64,000 bases of DNA from Paraspadella gotoi (lineage: Eukaryota > Animalia > Chaetognatha). The stretch is from contig CM119263.1 of the NCBI GenBank assembly GCA_051294375.1, positions 14,648,414 to 14,712,413 on the forward strand. The letters are read 5' to 3'. Positions within the stretch are counted from its first letter, which is position 1, and each line of letters starts with the position of its first letter. Shown here piece by piece: positions 1 to 20,400 of this stretch. Under the pieces are notes generated by a model. That model did no database searches. It worked only from the letters and a program-made list of their open reading frames with translations, and was not told the origin of the DNA. The position numbers were made by a program, and so were the translations under genes.

Positions 1-227
1 ATGAATGGATAATTTTTATATTGGTTGTACCAATTTCATAATATTTTCAGATTTAAATTATCAAAAACCACAATTAATAAAAAACAATAATAATAAAATC
101 TAAAAAAATCTAGAATTTGAAAAAAATAATTGTATTGAATATTATAAAATCTAAGACTTAAAATAGTAAAACAAGTAATTTTGCAATTTTCATAATAGTC
201 ATAATCGTAGTTTTCAAATTCCCCCAC

Positions 228-891
228 CTTAATTAGTTTGGAATCGGTGTCGCTCTTGTGCTGCATTTCCATGATCTCGATCATATGAAGGTCGACGGCC
301 TCGTTGGGTGCACCCTGATGGATCGTGAGAATGGCGTCGACAACAATGTCAGTCAACACATCGGCCATCTCCCCCGAAAGTTTGGTGGCCAGCGATGTCT
401 TGGCGACTTGGACGAGTATCTCGCGGCGTTGGTGGGCATTGTTTTCACCGGCCGCTGTGGAGATTTTTATATCCTGAAAAAAAATATATATATAACAGTA
501 TAGTCTATAGAAGGTGAGGGCGGAAAAGAGGAGCGAAATGGTGCATAAAAGGGTGGGTCTTTTAGGGGTTGACAGAAAGCAGACGACGGGGCGTTAAGCC
601 GTTTATTCACCGAGCGAAAAGCATCATTGCGTTCAAGGTCAAAGGGGTCAAAGGGGTCATCGTGGTAACGGGAGTAAGTGTTAATGTGATGGTTTTAGGC
701 ATAGTCCCTGTTACGATTGCCATTCATTTGGAAACATCATTGCCATCTTTTTCCCTTTTATCTTCTCTTGCCCCGCCTTCCCACGCTTTCCACGAGAATT
801 TCCCGCTTTTTCAATTTCGCTGATTTAGTTTTTGCACTGATCTCTGACCTCGACCAGTTTACGTGATGAGCCTTCGAAAGAGGAATAGCGG

Positions 892-940
<49 letters not shown>

Positions 941-1554
941 CGACCACAAACTCACGTCTAAAACTTTAAGGGCGATGTCCTTCGCCTTGTCGAAGCCCTC
1001 GCAGATAATGCGAGGATGGAGTCCTTCCTGGATGTATCTGTCAGCCTGCTTGAGGAGCTCGCCGATGATGAGAACATTGGAAGTTGTGCCGTCGCCAGTG
1101 ATGTCGTCCTGCGCAGTAGCGGCGCGAGCGATCAAAGACGCGGTCGGGTGCTGGATCTGCATCTCGTGCAAAAGAACGTTGCCGTCTTTTGTTAATTTGA
1201 TATCGCCCGCGCCGGACACGAGCATCTTCAAGGTGCCTGAAAAAGTTTGTGGAAAGAGAATTTGCTAAGAAGGAAATTCTATGAATAACTGAACGAGGAT
1301 TCAATTTATTATTCTATGGTTATGTGATGAAGCGAGGGAAAAGTTCTAGAAGAAATTTATTATTGCACATCATGCGGTAAAAGAAACTAATAAACAGAAG
1401 AAATGGAAATACAAATTTAATATAACTCACCTTTGGGTCCAAGGTTAGTTTTAAGGACATCTTGTAGACCCTTGGCAGCAGAGATATTGACAGCAAGTGC
1501 CGCAGCCGCTTTAGCGACCTCGGCCTTTGGATTTAGCGAATGAATGGCAGACAT
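228..1554 (-). CDS. CCT6: T-complex protein 1 subunit zeta (CCT6), 5' part; exons 1554-1431, 1236-956, 473-228; gene continues beyond the left edge
   Basis: Spliced translation [42 protein letters not shown]|[52 protein letters not shown]...[22 protein letters not shown], with the chaperonin GDGTTS motif and CCT6-specific N-terminus. GT-AG introns keep the frame. Confidence 0.96.
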
Positions 1555-1877
1555 TGCAAAGAACAGCAAAGAACGGAGGGATAAAGTTTCGATGGGCAAA
1601 CCAAGTTTGTCTTTAAATATTTAAAATTATCTAAAAATCAACAAAATTAAGTTAATGGACTCAAAATTCTTTAAATTCAGCAATAATAGCGACTGAATAG
1701 CGATCAAATTCCCAGAGTTTGAAATGTTATATTGCATTAAATTACCCAGTGTCAAAAAAATTAGTCAATTATCACATGATATATATAGTAGGGGGGGCAA
1801 AACGATAAATAGGGATGAGGATGGGAGAGGAGAGGGCGAGAGCTCATTACTGAGGCAGCAGGTTGCGGGCAGCCAAA

Positions 1878-4145
1878 TCATCGTCCCCCATATCCATATG
1901 GATTAGATCTGCCAGCGTCGGAGCTTCCGCCTTTCATTGGGCCTCCGCCCAGACTCTGCTCATAATTCTGGCCGAAATCCTGCCCGTATCCCTGGGGGTA
2001 TGCTTGGAGGCTGCGGTCCAGGGGATAAACACCGTAGTCTCCTATAAAGTCGACTCCGCCGCTGCCGCCCATTCCGGACCCGTACTGATTGGCGCTATGA
2101 CAGACATCATCGCTTCTTTGACGGGCGTTGCTCTGCGACCAATTGTCAATACCGTGCCAGCCCTGAGAGCCTTGTCTCCAGCCTTCCCTGTTGTGGCTGC
2201 TGTTCGCGTTGCCGCGATTGTAACCTCGATCACTGTCAGAAGCGCCGAACCCGCCACGCCCACCTCCCGAATTGCGACGAGGACCCGGACGATTCGTTTC
2301 TTTCCCAGGAGCATCCGCGCCATCTCTAGGGAGAGCCTTGGAAGAAAAATAAAAATCTTATAAGTATAGTGATCTCGCCAGACGTTACTATCAAAGAAAT
2401 TGATAAAAAGATGAAAATGCGATAACAAATAATTTATGTAATAGTAATTGATTAAAATAATAATAATTGATTATTGATTGATATAATAATAATAATTGAA
2501 TATTAATATAATAATAATTGATTATTGATATAATAGTAATTGATTGTTAATATAATATTAATTGTTTATTAATATAATAATAATTGATTATTAATATAAT
2601 AGTGGTTGATTAATAAAATATTAATAATTGATTATTAATGTAATAATGATTGATTATTGATAAGATTATAACTAATTATTAATATGATAACCATTGACCA
2701 ATTATTGATACGATTATAATCATTTATTGACTGATGAATCAGTCATTGTAAATAAAACAAACAAATGCGTATATGAGAGAAAAAAGTCCAGCCGCGGCAG
2801 AGCTGAACACATTTTTAAACAAATTAGAAGAAGCAGCGATGGAGAAAAAAGATTAGTAATAATAGTAGTAATTTTCATTTAAAAAATATTTTATAAATAA
2901 AACAAACCCGAATAAAAATATGAAACATGACAAATTTAAAGATCTTAATGATAAGAAGCCATATCTAAATTTTTAGCTTCCTATGATATCACACTTTTTA
3001 CAAGAATCAATCATAATTTGTAATAGTTTTATATAAAAAATAAATATAATTGTTTTATAAATTGAATTGATATGAAAGATGACAATTTCAAAGACCTTAA
3101 TGATAATAAAGTAAGCCCATCTGGCGAGATAAAAATATATATATACATTTAAGAACGCAAAAGGTTCTACCGTAGAAGACCCCGAAATAGTTTTTTTTCG
3201 GTGTAATGTACCGATTCGCAAATTACCTTTTTAACGTCGATTCTGACCCCGTTGATTTCGTGATATTTTTTGATGATGATCCGGTCTACAGGGTCGTAAT
3301 CGTCAAATTCCACGAAGGCAAATCCCCGAGGTTTTCCAGTGGCTTTCTCCACCATGATTACGCAATCCTAAGACGGAAAATTGGCAGTAATAAATACTAC
3401 AGGTTTCGGAATCAAAACTTATAAAAATTGTATTATCTTTACAGATAAACGCAAATCTTTTAAACCGTTTGTAGGATATCATTGAAATTTATATCAAATA
3501 CGTATACCGCATTCTGAGCTTTTACGACCTATGCAGAAGGGTGGAAAGTGCGTCTTTACAAAAAAATCTTAATCTTTAAAGAAATAAAAAGTCGTTAAAG
3601 GGTATCAGCAATCTGTCGCCACCTGTATATTGCCAAAGGACCCGAAGTAAGACTCCAAATCCTCTTTGGATACGGGCTTGTCCCTGATGCCTCCTATGAA
3701 TATTTTGTTGACTGTGACATTGGCACCGGGATTTCCTGACTCTTGACGCGGAACGGCGCGCTTCGGTTGAACGTTTCTCCCATCGATCCTGTGGGGTCTG
3801 GAAAGGTGAGAAGGGGAAGCGGAGGAAGAAGGGGGGGTGAGCACGTTGAAGGAATCCATGGAGCGTGAGAGTCGAGGATTAATCGAATCGGAGCCTTCTT
3901 AAGTCCTCCCTTTCCTCGCACCGATTCGCCATGGCGTCGTCGACCATGGAGGAGTGCGTGTAAGTGACGAAGCCGAAACCTCGAGATTTTCCGGTCGCTT
4001 TGTCCGTCATGACAACGCAGTCCAATAATTCGCCCCACTGTGAATAGAAACCCCGCAATCCGTCCTCTGTTGTTTTGTAGCTTAAACCCCCAATGAAAAC
4101 TTTTCGAAATTGCTCCGGTTCTTGCATCTCCCTTTCAGAGGACAT
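1878..4145 (-). CDS. hnRNP A1/A2-B1 family protein (2 RRMs plus Gly-rich tail); exons 4145-3922, 3797-3623, 3367-3227, 2336-1878
   Basis: [14 protein letters not shown]...[10 protein letters not shown] (RRM1); KIFIGGI...[17 protein letters not shown] (RRM2); C-terminal GGGPMKGG...[10 protein letters not shown] typical of hnRNP A/B. All introns GT-AG and in frame. Confidence 0.93.
2430..2730. repeat. Degenerate AT-rich tandem repeat (~22-26 bp, taataattgattattaatata-like) in the last hnRNP A intron
   Basis: About a dozen imperfect copies of aataattgattatt(g/a)atat are visible. Confidence 0.7.
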
Positions 4146-4500
4146 CGTTAATTCTTAGTGGAATGTACCTTAAACAAATTGACTAAGCTGAAAAAAAAAA
4201 AGAAGAGCAAACTCGTACATATATGTAAAAAAGCAGCTTTAAAACGGCAAAATAAAAAAAAATCATCTGCTACATAGACGAGTCAAAAAATTTCTGTCAA
4301 AAACAAAATCAAACAACCGATACTTCACAAGCCATCACCTTTGCGACTAAGTAAATCTAGACAAAGTAATTTATGTTTAAACAAAGATGAACTTCATAAA
4401 GCGACTCAACACGTCCGAGCGAGTCTTAGTTTTCTTTAAGACCGAATCCTTAATCAATTCCGTTTTTAAAGAGGAAAAAAATATATTCATATACGCACTT

Positions 4501-5120
<620 letters not shown>

Positions 5121-5728
5121 ACTTAAAAATAGTCAATTATCAATCAAGCATCTAAGCAAGTAGACAAAGATAGTCAACAGTTTTAACAAAAAACAGAAAT
5201 ATTAAAAAAACTGGTTCGAGATTCACAGGTCGATACTTTTTTTTAAATCCGAAAGAGGCAGTAAAACCCGGTAGAAAGATGCGTCACAAATTTTCCGAGC
5301 TTTTATCAGGAATCAGGTTCAATCAAGTCTCCAAGTCACACGAGAAGACTTTCCTCTAATGGTAAGAAGTTTCATATCAAGTACGAAAAAAATGTTGAAT
5401 ATATCGTCGTAATGACGGAGAGAGGCGATATTAAACGGAAGGGAGGAGAGGCAGAACACGACAAAGGGTTGCGCACCCCCCAGGATGATGGATGAAAAGT
5501 GAGAGCGAAAAATGACATGATGAATTGTATCGCCGGCAAAAAAAAAGAAAAGGGAATCACAAAAGACCGGCGATTTATCAAGAAAGTTAATGTCAAATCG
5601 AATGGCGTTTTAAAACAATGCGGTTCCATTAAATCTTCGGGTTGAGAAAAAAAATGAAGGGGGATTTTTTTCCCTATTTCTTCTCTCCCCCTTATTTTTT
5701 TCCGCGTTGCGGCAGCGGCGTCGGCCCG

Positions 5729-14704
<8,976 letters not shown>

Positions 14705-15230
14705 TTACTAATCAAGTTTTAGTATACGTTCAGTGAGACTCTAAAAAAACAAGAGAGCTATCACATAATGTTTGAGGGAACAAGGTAAATTGTAATTACA
14801 ACCTTTCATTTTCCTGATAGAAAGAAATACGTCAAAAATGGGCAGATAATTTAAGAGAAAGATGAAAAAAGTTTAAACAGCACTGTTTTACAGTTGGTGA
14901 GCGATTCAAATCATTATTTGATTCACCATATTCGCATACAGTTAGTCGAACGCCGACGATGAGTGTCTATAGTGATTATAACTAAGAAAGTAGAAGACGG
15001 AACGCGGCATCGAGGTAATTACAACGCTTACAGATGTCGAGTTAATTAGTCATTCACGGTAAACGTCCCTGTCAACATCTGCCGTCCGAAAAGCCGTATG
15101 ATCATTGATATTGATATATTTCTATTGGCAAGATGTGTCGATTTTAAAAACAAAACGAAGGAAAACCATGGATTTTGTACTCGTTAAGTCCTGGAGGGGT
15201 TTCTTCAACATGACTAAGTTAAATATGATT

Positions 15231-15268
15231 CACGATATCACGATATCACGATATCACGATATCACGAT
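15231..15268 (+). repeat. 8-bp tandem repeat (CACGATAT)x~4.5
   Basis: cacgatat cacgatat cacgatat cacgatat cacgat. Confidence 0.85.
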
Positions 15269-17421
15269 TTGGATCTAACACGCTTATTATTTTTATTTTC
15301 GCGGAAAAATTCGTAAATTATTTGAAATAACGAAGAGCTCCGAAAGAAATAAAGAAAGACAACAATATTAAATGTTCTTGAGGTACAGAATTTTAAGATT
15401 TTTAAGAGCCGCGTTTGGTGTTGTTGACCGAATGAGCGTAAATAGCTTCCATGTGCTCGCGCTTTTGTTTGAGGGCCGATGCTTATAAGTGAAAATGCGC
15501 GATTCAGGCCGCAAAAGCCGAAGATGGGAGAGAGGAAGATGAAAACGGCAGCCGAGACTTAGCCGACCAAATTTAAAATATGAGCGAAGAGAGAATAAGA
15601 ATGTTTTAGTTTTACCATAGCAGACCATAGTCCATAGTAACTATATTAATGAGAGTTTGTAGTATTTCACAAAGCTTGTGCCATCTTTTAGATTAGACCC
15701 CTGTAGCGGCCTTTGGAAAAAGGAAGATAAAGTCTTAAAGAGAAAGCTCATTTCTTTTCGAAAAAATTAATTTCGAACAGTACAACAAAGATATTAAATA
15801 TTCTTATTTTAATTTCATTAACCGATAAGGGTAACAAATTATTTAGTTCCTTTCAAATCAACTCAATATTTTATTTATTAAATTTTTATAATTTGAATAT
15901 TATTAAGGCCAGGGATCACTCAATCTAAAATTGTAGAAATCTTAATTTACTGTATCTTAATCATTTTCTCTTATCTTTTAAGAGGTTTTCTATTTAAAAA
16001 TAATCAAAAACTTTTAAAAATCTACATAAAATGTTCATAAAAATTTAAACAAAATTTTTTCTTAAATTATTTTTTATATGTAAGCTAAATTTCTACAACT
16101 AAATTTTTAACTTAGAACTGATTCTTTACAGTAAGCTCAATTTCTACTTCTTATATTTAATTCTTCTTTTGGTACAAGTACATACTTGGAGTTGTATCAC
16201 TAATAAGTCTAAAATAAATTACTCTACACATTTTCCAGACGGGTTTTTATACTTTTATAAGTTTTATGAGTTAAAAAACTTATTGAATTTATTTCAATTT
16301 GATTTTTTACTTTATGTAAATATTTAATGAGTTTAATGAGTACAGAATTTGACTTTCTTGACGAAGTGAAGTTAAAAACAGAGTTGCAGCTCAAACCGTT
16401 GGACTCTTCTTGAAGAAAAAAATATCATGGGCAAGAAAGGAAAGGTGCGGGAGATTCTATGAGCGCGTTTTTGAAAAAATGTTTTTCGTTTCAAAGATAT
16501 CAAGGAATTAATCCCAAAAATTGATTAAAATAATCAAATTTTATATGAAGGAATGCAAATTTTGATAGTATCTTTTCATAGAATTGGAGTTCGTGACCTA
16601 AAGGTAATTCATGCCAAATTTCATGAAAAACCGCCTTACCGCAACTCTCCAAATAGGTTTCTTTTATTTTATATAGTACAAAAAAAATNNNNNNNNNNTT
16701 CCTTTCAAATCAACTCAATATTTTATTTATTAAATTTTATATAATTTGAATATTATTAAATTATGAAGTTGGTACAACCAATATTAATCACAACTCTTTT
16801 CATTTCACTACCATTCGTGTATATTAAAGAAAAAAATTAAAGAAAACAATTTTTTCACTTTTTCGTTTATTTCAAGAAAATAGTTTCATGTGTACAAAAA
16901 CTAAACAATATATAAACAAAACAGCTAGGAAATAGACTATGTGATCGCATGATTGAAAAACTACATAATCCACAAAACGTAGGAAACAATATCATAGCTC
17001 TCGTTGACACTTGGTCCGTTGCTTTTAGCGAAAATGCAACTCAAATCTCCTTCGGCTTCAGGATAAATAATACTTAAACCCTATTAGCTAGTTGCCTTAC
17101 AAATTATATTATTTATAATATCATTCCTATCCGGAAAAAATATTAAGGCTTCAGCTCGCTTCACTGTTTACCAGACATATTTTTAATCAAATATGACGAA
17201 CAAACAACTTAGGCTTGTTGTCAAATTTTTTTTAGTTTTAAAAAATACGCTTAATCCCGAAACTGTAATACGACCTATACTTTCGTCGGAAAAGCAGTCG
17301 AAAAAAATGTTTAATGATGTTTGATAAACAGTAAAGCTCTTATTTACCTAATCGATAATCTTTTATACATACGAAACCTAAGCCTCTTAGTCTTAATGTT
17401 AATAACCTTAATAATTACTAC

Positions 17422-20400
17422 TCATTTTTTGGGAGAAACTTGAATAGGTCTTCCATTGAGAATGTAGCCATTAAGATGTTCCATAGCCATCTGAGCCTGC
17501 TCAGGAGTTGCCATAGTAACAAATCCGAAGCCCTTACTGACACCTCCTTTGGTATGGTCGCGAATGACGTTAACCTAATCAAAAAAGGATGAGTATGTGA
17601 ATTCCTTTATTAAGTCTATATTTTATGATAACAACTGACTACCTTTGTAATATCTCCATATGGCTGAAACAAAGACCACAATGTCTTCTCGTCCGCGTTT
17701 GCGCCAATGTTGTAAACAAACAAGACTTCCGAGAATCCATTGTCATTGACTGAAAAAAATTTACATATAATATAATGAGGAGAAAAATTAAAGGTTTCTG
17801 AAAAAGTTGTCACTAACCTTTACCCGATCCCACAGGATCGCTACTACTAGAACCATGGGATCCCAGAGACATTGAAGAGAAGTGATCTAGAATTGTGACG
17901 ATTCATTAATCAGATAAATTCAGATTTTACAGAATAATACCAGCTTTTTAAAATTTATTATTACTTGCTAAATAATTTACGTCCTGGACACCGTTGCTGT
18001 TGTTGACAGTAGTGATTTGTGCCGGATATGACGATGGGACAAAATTATACGATGTTTGTGGTCTAAAAAACGAAATTAAATGGTTTTACAATGGACAATC
18101 ACAATGTCAAGTAAAATTAAAATTGTTTAATATACCCGAGTTTGACCGTCTGAGGTGATCCGCGTTGGCTGGAATTGTTGCCTTGGAATTGGGAGTAATA
18201 ACTTTGATTCCCACCGCGCGAAGCATTTAGGGCATTCATGGCAGAATTCATTGGGTTCATCGACATCTGAGACGGAAGATGTGACGAAGGATATCCGGGA
18301 AGGAACCCACCCATTTCTGGATTCATGAACGGTCCTATAAAATGAAGATGTCCTTATGGGGATTCATCTTTTTTGTTGGCAACTTTCCATGAATGTTGCC
18401 TGGAGGATATTGGTAATGATGGATGACGTGATGAACCATAGATTTTTCTCCGGATTCATCCTTCGCTCTTTTGACCGATAGAAATTCCGAGAAAGCAGGT
18501 GGTTTTGTGTTGTGAAGCGCCTGAATCGCTGCGTCCGCTTCGCTCCGCTTGCTAACAAAAAAAAAACATATTTCAAAAAAATTTAACAAAAACTGGAAGT
18601 GTATTTGGCAACTTGCCTGAATAAAATAAACCCCGCGCCTTTCGAATAACCAGTATACTGATCGACGAGTATTTTACTTTGAATGATTTCTCCATAGGGT
18701 TTAAACAACTGCGCAAGCTCATCTTTGCCCATATCTTTCGGAACGCCTAAATTAAAATATGAAATATGAAGTCGTATGACTAAAGAAAAGACAGTTTGTT
18801 TCGGCAACGGTGAAGTTTTATTTACAATAAATGTAAATACAAACATTTTTACTATTATTTACTATTATTAATTTATTGTAAATAAAATTTTGCCTTTGAG
18901 GAAACAAACAAGACTTCGTTATTGAAATTTAAAGGAATTGACACGAAGTCGTAAGATAATTTTGGTTTTATAAGTTACAATTTTTTTCAAGAAAATTTTA
19001 AGAATATTTGTTTTACCGTCCAAAATTTATATTAATTCAATGAAACTTACATTTATTTAATGTAAATTTACCATGTTAATAGATAAATATATTATAAAAA
19101 TGTATATATTATTATACAGTGTTGGGATTCAAAATTTAGAATTTTCGCCTACAACACATCAGGCGACATTCCTCAACTTGGTGACAAACTTTCCACCAAT
19201 AATTCACTGAAGAGACGCAACAGACTTTTCCCTAGGGGAGGGGGATGTATGGTGGACTAAAATACACCAACCGTTCATCAGCGGCCATTGGTGCAGGAAG
19301 CAAGTCATTTGCCTCCTAACCCAAAGGACAGGGCTTCTAGCCCGGTGGTCGCCTTGCAGGTAAGAGGGATGGGGCGCTTAATGATCCTGAAACATGTTGT
19401 CTCGATATATGGTCCCACCACTGTATGTTTTATTTTTTTCACGCTGCAATTGAATATGACTTTGTTTGAATTTGCTCTGCGCCGGTTTTCAGCTTAAAAC
19501 CACTACTAAAATACGTTAACACTCCATAGCAGTATATCATATTATTGAAAAGACTATTAAGAATAGGAATTACTATTTTAGGTCGGGAAACCGTGCGCTC
19601 AAGCCGAGTCGATTAGAGCTATTTATAAGGTTGCTGCAGGCAACAATAGTAGCATACCCGAAACCAACAATATGCGTGCTAGTAGCTCATTTTTATGCTG
19701 AAAGGAAAATTATAAAGAGAGAAAATGAAGAACTTATTTCAAAAATATTTACTGCGACATCTTAACTTTATTATTATGATGGACTAAAATCCACCAACCG
19801 TTTATCAGCGGCCATTGGTACCGGAGACAAGTCATTCGCCTCCCAACCCAAAGGTCCAGGGTTCTAGCCCGGTAGTCGCCTAGCGGTTAAGAGAGACAGC
19901 GCTTAACCCGCCTGTAACACGGTGTTACAGCCTGATCCGAAGCTCAGGGATTGCTTATATTGAATGGTTCTGTCACTGACACATAACAATAATTACTGTC
20001 TCTTCATTGGTGAGCCCAACTTCCGAACACAAAAGCACTTTCAGGCAACATGCCTAAACCTGGCGATGCACTTTCCGCCAACAATACATCAGGCGACATG
20101 CCTCAACTTGGTGACGAACTTTCCACCAACAACAATTCACTGAGGAGACGCAACAGACTTCTCCCTACGGGAGGGGGGATGTATGGTGGACTAAAATCCA
20201 CCAACCGTTCATCAGCGGCCATTGGTGCCAGAGGCAAGTCATTCGCCTCCCAACCCAAAGGGGTTCTAGCCCGATAGTCGTCTCGCAGTTAAGAGGGACG
20301 GGGCGCTTAACCCGCCTGTAACACAGTGTTACAGCCTGATCCGAAGCTCAGGGACTGCTTATATTGAACGGTTCTCTCACTAACACAACAATAATTACTG

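Noticed and set aside
474-955. Intronic snoRNA in CCT6
   Set aside because: Only imperfect ATGATG box-C-like words, with no convincing D box, terminal stem or H/ACA structure.
1863-2428. Overlapping 166-aa (+) and 128-aa (-) ORFs
   Set aside because: Shadow frames of the GC-rich terminal hnRNP A exon.
15068-15142. miR-31-like GGCAAGATGT with a partial upstream complement
   Set aside because: The match is limited to ~10 nt, lies on the wrong arm, and the loop is too long for a pre-miRNA.
20182-20222. Hammerhead ribozyme/retrozyme (minus-strand CTGATGA in the LTR)
   Set aside because: No GAAA follows the adjacent hairpin, so the catalytic core cannot be completed.
20215-20285. Functional tRNA-Gly(CCC) gene
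   Set aside because: The anticodon and D stems do not pair properly, the T loop is one base short, and the segment is embedded in LTR copies.
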